Source: Octopus sinensis
Taxonomy: Eukaryota
Assembly (NCBI RefSeq): GCF_006345805.1
Contig: NW_021827420.1
Coordinates: 1-10,421, forward strand
Length of the DNA stretch: 10,421 nt
Direction: 5' to 3'
Position numbers and translations under genes: made by a program. Position 1 is the stretch's first letter, and each line of letters begins with the position of its first letter. The notes below the pieces were generated by a model. The model searched no databases. It saw only the letters and a list, made by a program, of their open reading frames with translations, and was not told the DNA's origin. Positions 1 through 7,749 of the stretch are shown here, piece after piece.

Positions 1-2
1 CA

Positions 3-2689
3 GCTTTAGACAAATAACTATACAAAATAGTTAAAGCAAACATGGTACATGGTCCATGTGGGCGTAGATTCAACATAAACACTTGCTTGAAGGACAGCAT
101 ATGTTCAAAAAGATTTCCAAGGAGGTTCATACAAGAAACTCAGATAGGTACTGATGGGTATCCATCATACAGACGCAGAAAACCAGAAGACGGAGGTTTT
201 ACAGCAACTATCGGACAGCACGATATTGATAATAGATGGAGTGTTCCATACTGCCCACTCCTGTCAAAGACTTTCAATGCCCACATCAACGTTGAGTTTT
301 GCAACTCCGTAAAATCCATCAAATACGTTTGAAAATATGTAAACAAGGGTTCTGACGCTGCAATGTTTGGACTTCAACAAGAATACTGCCAGGATGAGGT
401 GACGCATTATTAGGTGGGACGGTACATAAGTAGCAACGACGCTTTCTGGCGCATCTTTGGCTTTCCAATTCACCAACAACACCCCGCCATTCAACAGCTT
501 GCAGTGCACCTAGAAAATGGTCAAAGAATGTACTTCACCGATGCTAATGCTTCTCTGTTGGTATAGGAACCAAGGGATAGCACACTCACTGCATTCTTCA
601 AGCTTTGTCAAGTGGATCCATTCGCTCAAACCTTGCTGTATCCACAGATTGGAATGGAAAAAAATGGGCCCCACGGAAAGCAGGTCAAAATGTTCATCGA
701 TACCCTGGCATGAAGTTTCAAACTTGCCTTAGGCGAGTATACACAGTGCATCCCACTCAACAAGAGTGCTTCTACCTTCGTCTACTACTGCATGAGGTCA
801 GAGGGCCAACGTCTTTCCAGGCCCTAAAAACCGTTCATGGACATGTCTGCACAACATACAGTGAAGCCTGCTATCGACAGGGTGTGTTAGAAGATGGTGC
901 ACAATGGGATGCAACTTTAGGATAGGCTGCTTTATCACAATCACCTAAAAATCTCAGGGTACTATTTGCAGTATTACTACAAGCATGCAAACTGTGTGAT
1001 CCGGCCACTCTATGGCTCAAATATAGAGACAACCTGGCTGAAGACTTTCAGCGTCAAGCTCAACTGCTCTATCCTGACATGGAGGGTATCAGCAATGAAA
1101 TCTATAACAAAACACTCATTGACATTGAAGACAGAATTGCTAAACTCGGTGGAAATGAATTGTCGACGTATGGCGTACCGCAAGCATATAGGTCAGGGTC
1201 AAATAGCCTTCCCACTGTTGTCATTCGTGAAACAACCTACGACACTCAAGCGCTTTCAAACTACATTGTTGAAAATGTGCCTACATTACTTCCGGACCAG
1301 CTGCAGGCCTACAGAACTATTCTTAACAGTGTATGCCAACGCGAGGGACGAATCTTCTTCCTCGATGCTCCTGGAGGGACAGGAAAAACATTTATTACAA
1401 AGCTTCTCCTTGCAGAAGTTAGGCAGCATCAGGACATTGCAGTACCTGTAGCCTCCTCTCGCATTGCAGCTACATTGTTACCGGTGGCAGGACAGCACAC
1501 TCAACTTTTAAACTCCCTTTCAATTTAGCAGCATCCGAAATGCCTTCATGCAACATCAACAAAAGCTCAGATCAGGGACAAGTACTTAAAATGTGTCATC
1601 TAATTGTCTGGGATGAGTGCACTATGGCTCACAAGGGAGCTTTGGAATCATTAGATAGAGCCTGAAAGACATCCGAGACTGTCAGGCTCCAATGGAGGTT
1701 GTAAACGCTCTGTTGTCAGATGATTTCAAGCAAACTCTTCCTGTCATTCCGAAAGGCACTAGAGCAGATGAAGTCCAAGCATGCCTAAAGTCCTCTACCC
1801 TGTGGCATCATGTTACAACCCTCAGTCTCACCACTAACATGAGAGCTCAGCTACACGGCGACAAAATGTCCACAAAGTTTACACAGGACATTTTGACACT
1901 CGGTGAAGGCAAGATGCCTCTCGATGCTGCAGGACAAATGGAAGTGTGGTCATTTTCCTCTGTTGTTAATTCTGTAGATAACCTCAAAAACAAAGTCTTT
2001 CCCAACTTCACACAAAACTCCCAAAATCACAATTGGCTGGGTAAAAGAGCAATATTAGCTCCAAAAAACATCGCTGTTAACAAAATTAACCAACAGCTAA
2101 TGCATTCGCTTCCTGGCACTATACACACTTACAAGCTGTTGATACAATTCCAGATATAAATGAAGTTGTGAACTATCCTCCTGAATTGATCAATTCACTG
2201 GAGCCTCCTGCACTACCTCCACACATATTAGCACTTAAAGTTGGAACTCCTGTAATGCTACTCCGCAATCTGGAACCACCAAGACTTTGCAATGGAACAC
2301 GACTGGTGGTAAAGAAAATGATGTCACACGTTATCGAGGCGATCATTCTTTCTGGATGTGGAAAAGGTGATGACGTCTTTATTCCAAGAATTCCTCTTAC
2401 TCCATCGGGAGCAGAAATTCCATTTACATTCAGAAGACTGCAATTCCCCCTTCGTGTCAGCTTTGCCATGTCCATTAACAAATCTCAGGGTCAAACCCTA
2501 TCTGTAGCTGGTCTTCTCTTGGAAAAGCCCTGCTTCTCGAATGGGCAACTGTATGTTGGCTGCTCAAGAGTAGGAACCTAAAGAAACCTTTTTGTATATG
2601 CTCCACAAGGAAAAACAAGGAACATTGTTTACGACGAGGTGTTAAGATCTCAACAGCCAGGAGGTATATACATGATCCCCTTTTTTTAA
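3..2689 (+). pseudogene. Helitron RepHel (HUH Rep C-terminal part plus PIF1-like SF1B helicase), disrupted
   Basis: Joining frames gives MVHGPCG, DGYPSYRRR, DNRWSVPYCPLL, HINVEFC, KYV*KYVNKG (Rep tyrosine motif, ~321-350), FYLRLLL..VRGPTSF, Walker A DAPGGTGKT (1364-1390), GRTAHSTFKLP, Walker B VWDECTM (~1606-1626), DFKQTLPVIP, RAILAPKN, LLRNL..PRLCNGTRL, FPLRVSFAMSINKSQGQTL, LYVGCSRV and KTRNIVYDEVL. In-frame stops at 15-17, 330-332, 411-413, ~565, ~923 and 2579-2581; frameshifts near ~655, ~1482, ~1663 and ~2136. Confidence 0.95.
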
Positions 2690-2800
2690 CAAACTTCATG
2701 TACGTTCATGTATTTATATTAATATACATATATGTGTGTGTGTGCGTGCGTGTGTGTCCATATATATATAAGAGAAAAGTCTAATTCTTCAATTGAGGTA

Positions 2801-2828
2801 ACCGGGCAACGCCGGTATCTCTGGTAGT
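2801..2828 (+). other. Helitron 3' terminal hairpin and degenerate CTAG end
   Basis: Stem ACCGG (2801-2805)/CCGGT (2812-2816), loop GCAACG, then ATCTCTG-GTAG-T running into (TA)n. Confidence 0.8.
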
Positions 2829-3049
2829 ATATATGTTTATATATATACACACTATATATATATATATATAATATATTATATATACATATATGTATGTATT
2901 ATATGTATGTATGATATATATATATATACATTATATATGTGTGTGCGTATATATGTATGTATATGCATACCTTATAATATATTATGATGGAACGAAAAAT
3001 AAACATATACGGTAATTAAGAGATCAATAATAGGTCATTTAATAGGTAT

Positions 3050-3094
<45 letters not shown>

Positions 3095-3302
3095 GTATTA
3101 TGTATGTGTGTATATGTATATAATATATTATATATATATAATTACACACACACATATATATATATATATATATTATATATATACATATACATATACATAT
3201 ATAAATATACACACACAACATATACGTCCATATGAAAAGTGATATAAATAAAACATCAAAAGAATATATATCCCCGGTAATTAAGAGCTCAATTATAGAT
3301 CG

Positions 3303-3341
<39 letters not shown>

Positions 3342-3353
3342 GTATATACATAT
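2829..3353. repeat. Compound (TA)n/(TATG)n/(CA)n microsatellite field
   Basis: Long TA runs seen directly, e.g. 3054-3090, 3151-3172 and 3306-3332. Confidence 0.95.
3010..3301 (+). repeat. 27-bp imperfect direct repeat pair (3010-3036 and 3275-3301)
   Basis: CGGTAATTAAGAGATCAATAATAGGTC versus CGGTAATTAAGAGCTCAATTATAGATC, 24/27 identical, 265 bp apart. Confidence 0.8.
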
Positions 3354-3394
3354 ACTAGCATTATGACCCGTCGTTGCCGGGTCATAGTGCTAGT
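3354..3394. mobile_element. 41-bp palindromic mini-element resembling two fused Helitron 3' ends
   Basis: ACTAGCATTATGACCCG-TCGTTGC-CGGGTCATAGTGCTAGT: 17-bp arms with one G-T pair. The minus strand reads CCCGGCAACGACGGG-TCATAATG-CTAG-T, and A|CTAG...CTAG|T holds on both strands. Confidence 0.7.
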
Positions 3395-3529
3395 GCATGT
3401 ATATATTGTATATATATGTGTACATATTACATGTAAATCTTATATATATACATCTACAGATAAAATACAAAAATACAAAGTTATATCTTAATATCGCTAG
3501 TGATAACAATATTCAAATTATATAACAGA

Positions 3530-4061
3530 CTGGAATTGTAGGCCCGTCTCTTGCAATTCGATCAATTGGATCTTGTCCTCCCTCTTGTATAGAAGTTTGG
3601 CTACAATCCAGCCTACCTCTACTTCTGGGAGGACATTTTAAATTTTTATCCGGGACGTCCTACGTCCCAGATATAAAGGTAAAATTAAAATATTTCCACT
3701 TTGCAAGGTTCGAGTCGAGTACTCCTTTTCACGCTCCGTTGACTCGAACCTTGCTTCTATTTTGGCGAATTTACCTCCTCTGGTTAGATATCCTTTATAG
3801 TTGCACCAAGACACTTTTCGATGGTGCTTTCCTCCAGGTGTTCAAATCTTTTTTGTTCTCTACATCGTATACTTTATAGACAATAGTCTTTTCTTTAATT
3901 CAATTTTTTATTTCGTTTGGTGGTGTTATCCTAAATTCACCGTCTTTGTCGGTGATCAATCCGAAATAGGTTTGTATTTCTTCCCTTTTAATTTTAATGT
4001 GTTCGCGCCCGCCGACGGCTGCAGCGAAATTCATTTTTGTACTTTCTTCTATGGAAGGCAT
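3530..4061 (-). pseudogene. Non-LTR retrotransposon ORF1 (L1/Tx1-like, RRM-type) 5' fragment, disrupted
   Basis: Minus-strand ATG at 4061 gives MPSIEESTKMNFAAAVGGREHIKIKREEIQTYFGLITDKDGEFRITPPNEIKN*IKEKTIVYKVYDVENKKDL, frameshift(s) ~3790-3845, then YLTRGGKFAKIEARFESTEREKEYSTRTLQSGNILILPLYLGRRTSRIKI*NVLPEVEVGWIVAKLLYKREDKIQLIELQ. The FAAAV motif and the P..LG.R..RI.I.NV.PEV pattern resemble Tx1-clade ORF1 proteins (recalled, not searched). Stops at 3900-3902 and 3638-3640. Confidence 0.65.
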
Positions 4062-4305
4062 TCTAACAAAAATGCTTACGTATAAACGGTGAAAATATTG
4101 TCAATTTCCCCAAACAGGGACACAATTCAATTTCTAAACAATAACCAAAGCTCCTTTTCCCAAAAGATAGGGAGGGAGGGGGTTTACAGTTTACAATTAT
4201 TTAACAAATGCAACACAACAACGTTTCCCTGACGAGGAACCAACAAACTTGATAACAATAGTTAAACAGTAATAATAATAACAAACCTTACGGTGAACAA
4301 CTGAA
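4062..4305 (-). mobile_element. Probable 5' UTR of the LINE fragment
   Basis: Non-coding, non-microsatellite sequence directly upstream of the ORF1 ATG; the outer boundary is a guess. Confidence 0.35.
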
Positions 4306-4329
4306 TCTTAGTCAGTCAATTGATGGGCT

Positions 4330-4555
4330 CCACTACCTCAAATGTTCTTAAACCACATCTTTGTCTATGTACCTACCTTCTCTATAATGTTGCCACTTGA
4401 TATAAAAATGTTTGTATTAATGGAAAACCTCTATAATTGGCTGATGAGTGCTCAGCATTTTAAAACTATTGTAATACTTACAACATTTAATAAAATGATG
4501 TAGTGCGAAACGATCGTACCAAATTACCGGAGTCATTCTTGTTGCTTATTTTGAG

Positions 4556-4556
<1 letters not shown>
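4330..4556 (+). mobile_element. Probable Penelope-like element pseudo-LTR / 3' terminal remnant carrying the hammerhead
   Basis: This hammerhead architecture is typical of PLE pLTRs, and the segment ends in a (TA)n tract. No RT or GIY-YIG sequence was recognised, so boundaries are uncertain. Confidence 0.45.
4434..4526 (+). ncRNA. Type I hammerhead ribozyme motif (Penelope-like minimal type); predicted cleavage after GUA at 4518
   Basis: Stem I TAATTGG (4434-4440)/CCAA(A)TTA (4519-4526); core CTGATGA (4441-4447); stem II 4448-4506 closed by G-C and including CATTTTA/TAAAATG and TTGTAA-TAC-TTACAA; core GAAA (4507-4510); stem III C-GATC-G (4511-4516) with a palindromic loop; cleavage triplet GTA (4516-4518). 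Confidence 0.85.
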
Positions 4557-4595
<39 letters not shown>

Positions 4596-4612
4596 CTATA
4601 TATATACGTACA
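4557..4612. repeat. (TA)n microsatellite
   Basis: Direct observation. Confidence 0.95.
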
Positions 4613-4884
4613 TACATGAGTTTGAGTGAGTGTATCGACTTTCTTATGATTTCAGGGAAAACAATATATTTTTTGGTGATGTCTTTCTAGGACACAAACT
4701 TGCTCCCACAGCTTGGATTTTGTCTTTACATAAACTTCACTGTCTTTCGTTCCATGACATGTCTGTTCTTTGAACCAAATACAGCAGCCCTACTTCAGTA
4801 GACAATTAATTGTATGGCACCGCTGAAATTGATCAATTAGGTATGATATCTGTTTTTGAATGAAAGTCATTTGCTGGTAATTAA

Positions 4885-4960
4885 TTCGCGATGCGGATTC
4901 GAACCATCGATGTGCTGAATTAAACATACCTCACTCTTTACTGGAACGTGAGCTTAACAT
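4885..4960 (-). mobile_element. Possible decayed tRNA-derived SINE head
   Basis: Perfect Pol III B-box GGTTCGAATCC on the minus strand (4895-4905); no convincing A-box or cloverleaf. Confidence 0.3.
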
Positions 4961-5349
4961 TATAGATGAAATGACCTAAAATAAACATTAGATTGTACCA
5001 TATGTACTTCTTAAACCAGAAAGTATGTAGTCCGCCTTTCAGAACCGTTTACACTATTAAAATATCATTGCTTCTGGGTGACACCTCGTCTCACAAAGCC
5101 ATTTAACTTGACAAACCATCGTAGGCTTTCAACGGTTCTCACTTCGGAGGACCCCACCCCACAGATCAACAGAGACCAAAAACACCTTAATAACCCGCAA
5201 CCAGGGTTCTCACCTCAACAGAATCGAACTCAGATGATGAGCTAACGATAGTCTACAGACGTTACCATTCTCACTTTATGCCACTAAATATCATAACGTC
5301 TACTGTTGATTCTAAAGGTCTCCCCTATCCCCACCACCCAATCTTATAG

Positions 5350-5495
5350 CATCATCATCATCATCATCATCATCATCAACAGTAGCAGTAGCAACAGTTG
5401 TAGTAGTAAGAGTAGTAGTAGTAGTGGTGGTGGTGGTGGTGGTGGTGGTGTTAGTAATAGTATTAGTTGTTGTAGTGATTGTGGTGGTGGTGGTG

Positions 5496-5551
<56 letters not shown>
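5350..5551. repeat. Compound trinucleotide microsatellite (ATC)n-(AGC/AGT)n-(GGT)n-(AGT)n
   Basis: Direct observation; explains the spurious ORF 5306..5560. Confidence 0.95.
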
Positions 5552-5552
<1 letters not shown>

Positions 5553-5689
5553 TGTTTTAATTAAGACATATCCCGGAGCAAGAGGACATCTGGTGGTAAA
5601 GTTAATAAACTAATTGTCGTAACGCTAGTTAGTATGATTATTACTATTATAACTAACACACGCATATATAAGATAGAGACCTATTCACA

Positions 5690-5750
5690 TACACACACAC
5701 AACACAAAATACACGCAAACCTACACATGAAGAGCATATATACTTAAAAT

Positions 5751-5808
<58 letters not shown>

Positions 5809-5890
5809 TACATATATATAAAAATATATGTATGTACATATGTTATATATATATATATATATACATATCTATCTATCTATTATCTATCTA

Positions 5891-5942
<52 letters not shown>

Positions 5943-6267
5943 ATTATAAATAATATATATATATACACACATATATACAAATATATACATATACATATGT
6001 GTGTATGTTATATATATATATATTAGATAAATATAGTAATTATGTGTGTGTGTGTGTATATGTAATATATATATATCTTATATATATACGAGAGAGAGAG
6101 AGAAAAAAGAGAGAGAGAAAGAGAGAAACATACATACAGTCCCAAAGACATACACACATGCAGAAACATATATAAAGTCCACACATACATATAAATGTGC
6201 AACCATACATACATACCTTCATATGTTCATACATGCGTATAGGTATGCTAGCATGTACACGTACATA

Positions 6268-6298
<31 letters not shown>

Positions 6299-6505
6299 TT
6301 GTGTGTGCAATGAAACTGATAAACGCACGTGTACCGCACTCACACACATGTATACGTGCATACTGTCGCAGAGACACGCATACACATACCAGAATATCCA
6401 TATACACACACACATACATATAGATATTTGCACACGTAAGCACACATATAAACACATACGTGCATTCATACATACTCTGTGAGTCATACGCATGCACGCA
6501 CGCAC
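5690..6505. repeat. Compound (TA)n/(CTAT)n/(GA)n/(TG)n/(CA)n low-complexity field
   Basis: Direct observation; explains the ORFs between 6023 and 6563. Confidence 0.95.
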
Positions 6506-6509
6506 ACAT

Positions 6510-6775
6510 CACGTAAAAGGTCCTCCGTTGATTTACGCGATGACTTTTTAGGTACTCCGTCAACGGAACTAACTGCTTATTGATTAACGTGTTATGGCTG
6601 ACCCGACGACTTCCAGCCGCGACCTTCCCATTTTCTCTATCTCCATTTCTATAGCGTTTAACTTGTCACTTAATTTTAGTTATAATTTTATTCGTTAATT
6701 TGATATGACAGCAGGGTCTGGCTTGAGGGAGATCGGCGTTTCTCTCTGATCAATCGATCACCTCATTATTTCGGG
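6510..6775. promoter_or_regulatory. Candidate cis-regulatory island (Hox/TALE-like motif cluster)
   Basis: CpG-containing non-repetitive island with TGATTTACG (6529-6537), TGATTAAC (6581-6588), TTATGG (6592-6597), TGACAG (6706-6711) and TGATCAATCGATCA (6747-6760). Motif presence only. Confidence 0.25.
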
Positions 6776-6930
6776 CTGTTGTTGTCGTTGTCGTTGTTGT
6801 TCTTGTTGTTGTCAAGGGTTATGAAAGTGACGTTGATGATACTGATGATAATGGGGATGGTGGTGATGGTGGTGATGGAGGTCGTGGTGGTGGTTGTGTC
6901 CCGTGAATGATGAATAGACATAAATGAGGA

Positions 6931-6936
6931 CATCAC

Positions 6937-6969
<33 letters not shown>

Positions 6970-7193
6970 TGTCATCATCGTCATCAACATCTTCACCGTC
7001 ATCATCATTATCATCATTGTGATCATCATGATCGTCTTCATCATCAACATCGTCATCATCATCATCATGATCGTCTTCATCCTCTTCATCATCATCATCA
7101 TCATCATCATCGTTATCATCATCGTCATCAACATCGTCATCGGCATTATCATCATCATCATCATCACCTTCATCATCATCATCATCGTCATTG

Positions 7194-7228
<35 letters not shown>

Positions 7229-7285
7229 GTTATCATCATCGTCATCAACATCGTCATCGGCATTATCATCATCATCATCATCACC

Positions 7286-7318
<33 letters not shown>

Positions 7319-7324
7319 GCCATC
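6931..7324. repeat. Long interrupted (ATC)n microsatellite with a 117-bp internal duplication
   Basis: About 130 in-register triplets; the block CGTTATCATCATCGTCATCAACATCGTCATCGGCATT...CACCTTC starts at both 7111 and 7228. Confidence 0.95.
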
Positions 7325-7371
7325 CTGTCGTCATGATCAATATAACGATAACAATATTAGTGACTCCATAA

Positions 7372-7659
7372 GACGGCGAGCTGGCAGAAAGGTTAGGACG
7401 CCGGGTGAAATGTTTAGCGGTATTTCGTCTGCCGTTACGGTGTGAGTTCAAATTCCGCCGAGGTCGACTTTGCCTTCCATTTTTTCGGGGTCGATAAATT
7501 AAGTACCAGTTACGCACTGGGGTCGATGTAATCGACTTAATACCTATGTCTGTCCTTGTTTGTCCTCCCCTCTGTGTTTAGCCCCTTATAGGTAATAAAG
7601 AAATAGGTATTTCGTCCGTCTTTACGTTATAAGATCAAATTCCGCCGTGGTCGACTTTG
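7372..7659 (+). mobile_element. tRNA-derived SINE (family 1, copy A) with a repeated internal module
   Basis: Head GGCGAGCTGGCAGAA (A-box-like), B-box GAGTTCAAATTCC (7444-7456), body GGTCGACTTTGCC...GGGGTCGATAAATTAAGTACCAG...CTGGGGTCGATGTAATCGAC. Module 7419-7472 recurs at 7606-7659. Homologous copies lie at 7891-8027, 8874-9053 and 9056-9172. Confidence 0.85.
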
Positions 7660-7749
7660 ATAAAAACGGCAATAATACCAATAGTGAACAGCAAATTCTT
7701 TTGTTCATTTGAACCATGTGGACGCGGTCATACTGGAGCAGCACCATAA

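Larger units (their letters stand above)
1..2828 (+). mobile_element. Helitron (rolling-circle transposon), 3' portion of a decayed autonomous element; 5' part lies outside the window
   Basis: Rep/helicase coding remnants across 3-2689, then after ~110 nt a GC-rich hairpin ACCGG-GCAACG-CCGGT (2801-2816) and CTGGTAG|T (2821-2828), matching the Helitron 3' end (hairpin then CTRR before a T), here with CTAG changed to GTAG. Confidence 0.92.

Noticed and set aside
140-2699. Minus-strand ORFs 140..346, 264..509, 2173..2481 and 2475..2699, and + ORFs 517..732 and 966..1451
   Set aside because: Antisense or off-frame shadows of the Helitron RepHel coding sequence.
3039-3221. ORF-track peptide rich in Y/I/C
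   Set aside because: Translation of TA/CA microsatellite.
3801-4085. 94-aa hydrophobic + strand ORF
   Set aside because: Antisense shadow of the A-rich minus-strand ORF1 remnant.
4170-4182. GGGAGGGAGGGGG as a G-quadruplex
   Set aside because: Only three G tracts, insufficient for a canonical three-tier intramolecular G4.
4229-4236. CTGACGAG as a second hammerhead core
   Set aside because: No downstream GAAA with a closable stem II, and no stem I or III partners found.
4342-4503. 53-aa ORF (MFLNHIFVYVPTFS...) running through the hammerhead
   Set aside because: Short, AT-rich, no recognisable motif; expected by chance.
5306-6563. ORF-track peptides (poly-S/G/I; HT, CV and YI repeats)
   Set aside because: All arise from di- and trinucleotide repeats, which are stop-poor by construction.
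6766-7445. Poly-Met (-), poly-Ile (+), poly-Ser (+) and start-less poly-His (+, 6928-7369) frames
   Set aside because: Alternative readings of the same (ATC)n tract; interruptions are not conservative in these frames. Only the Asp frame showed a suggestive pattern.
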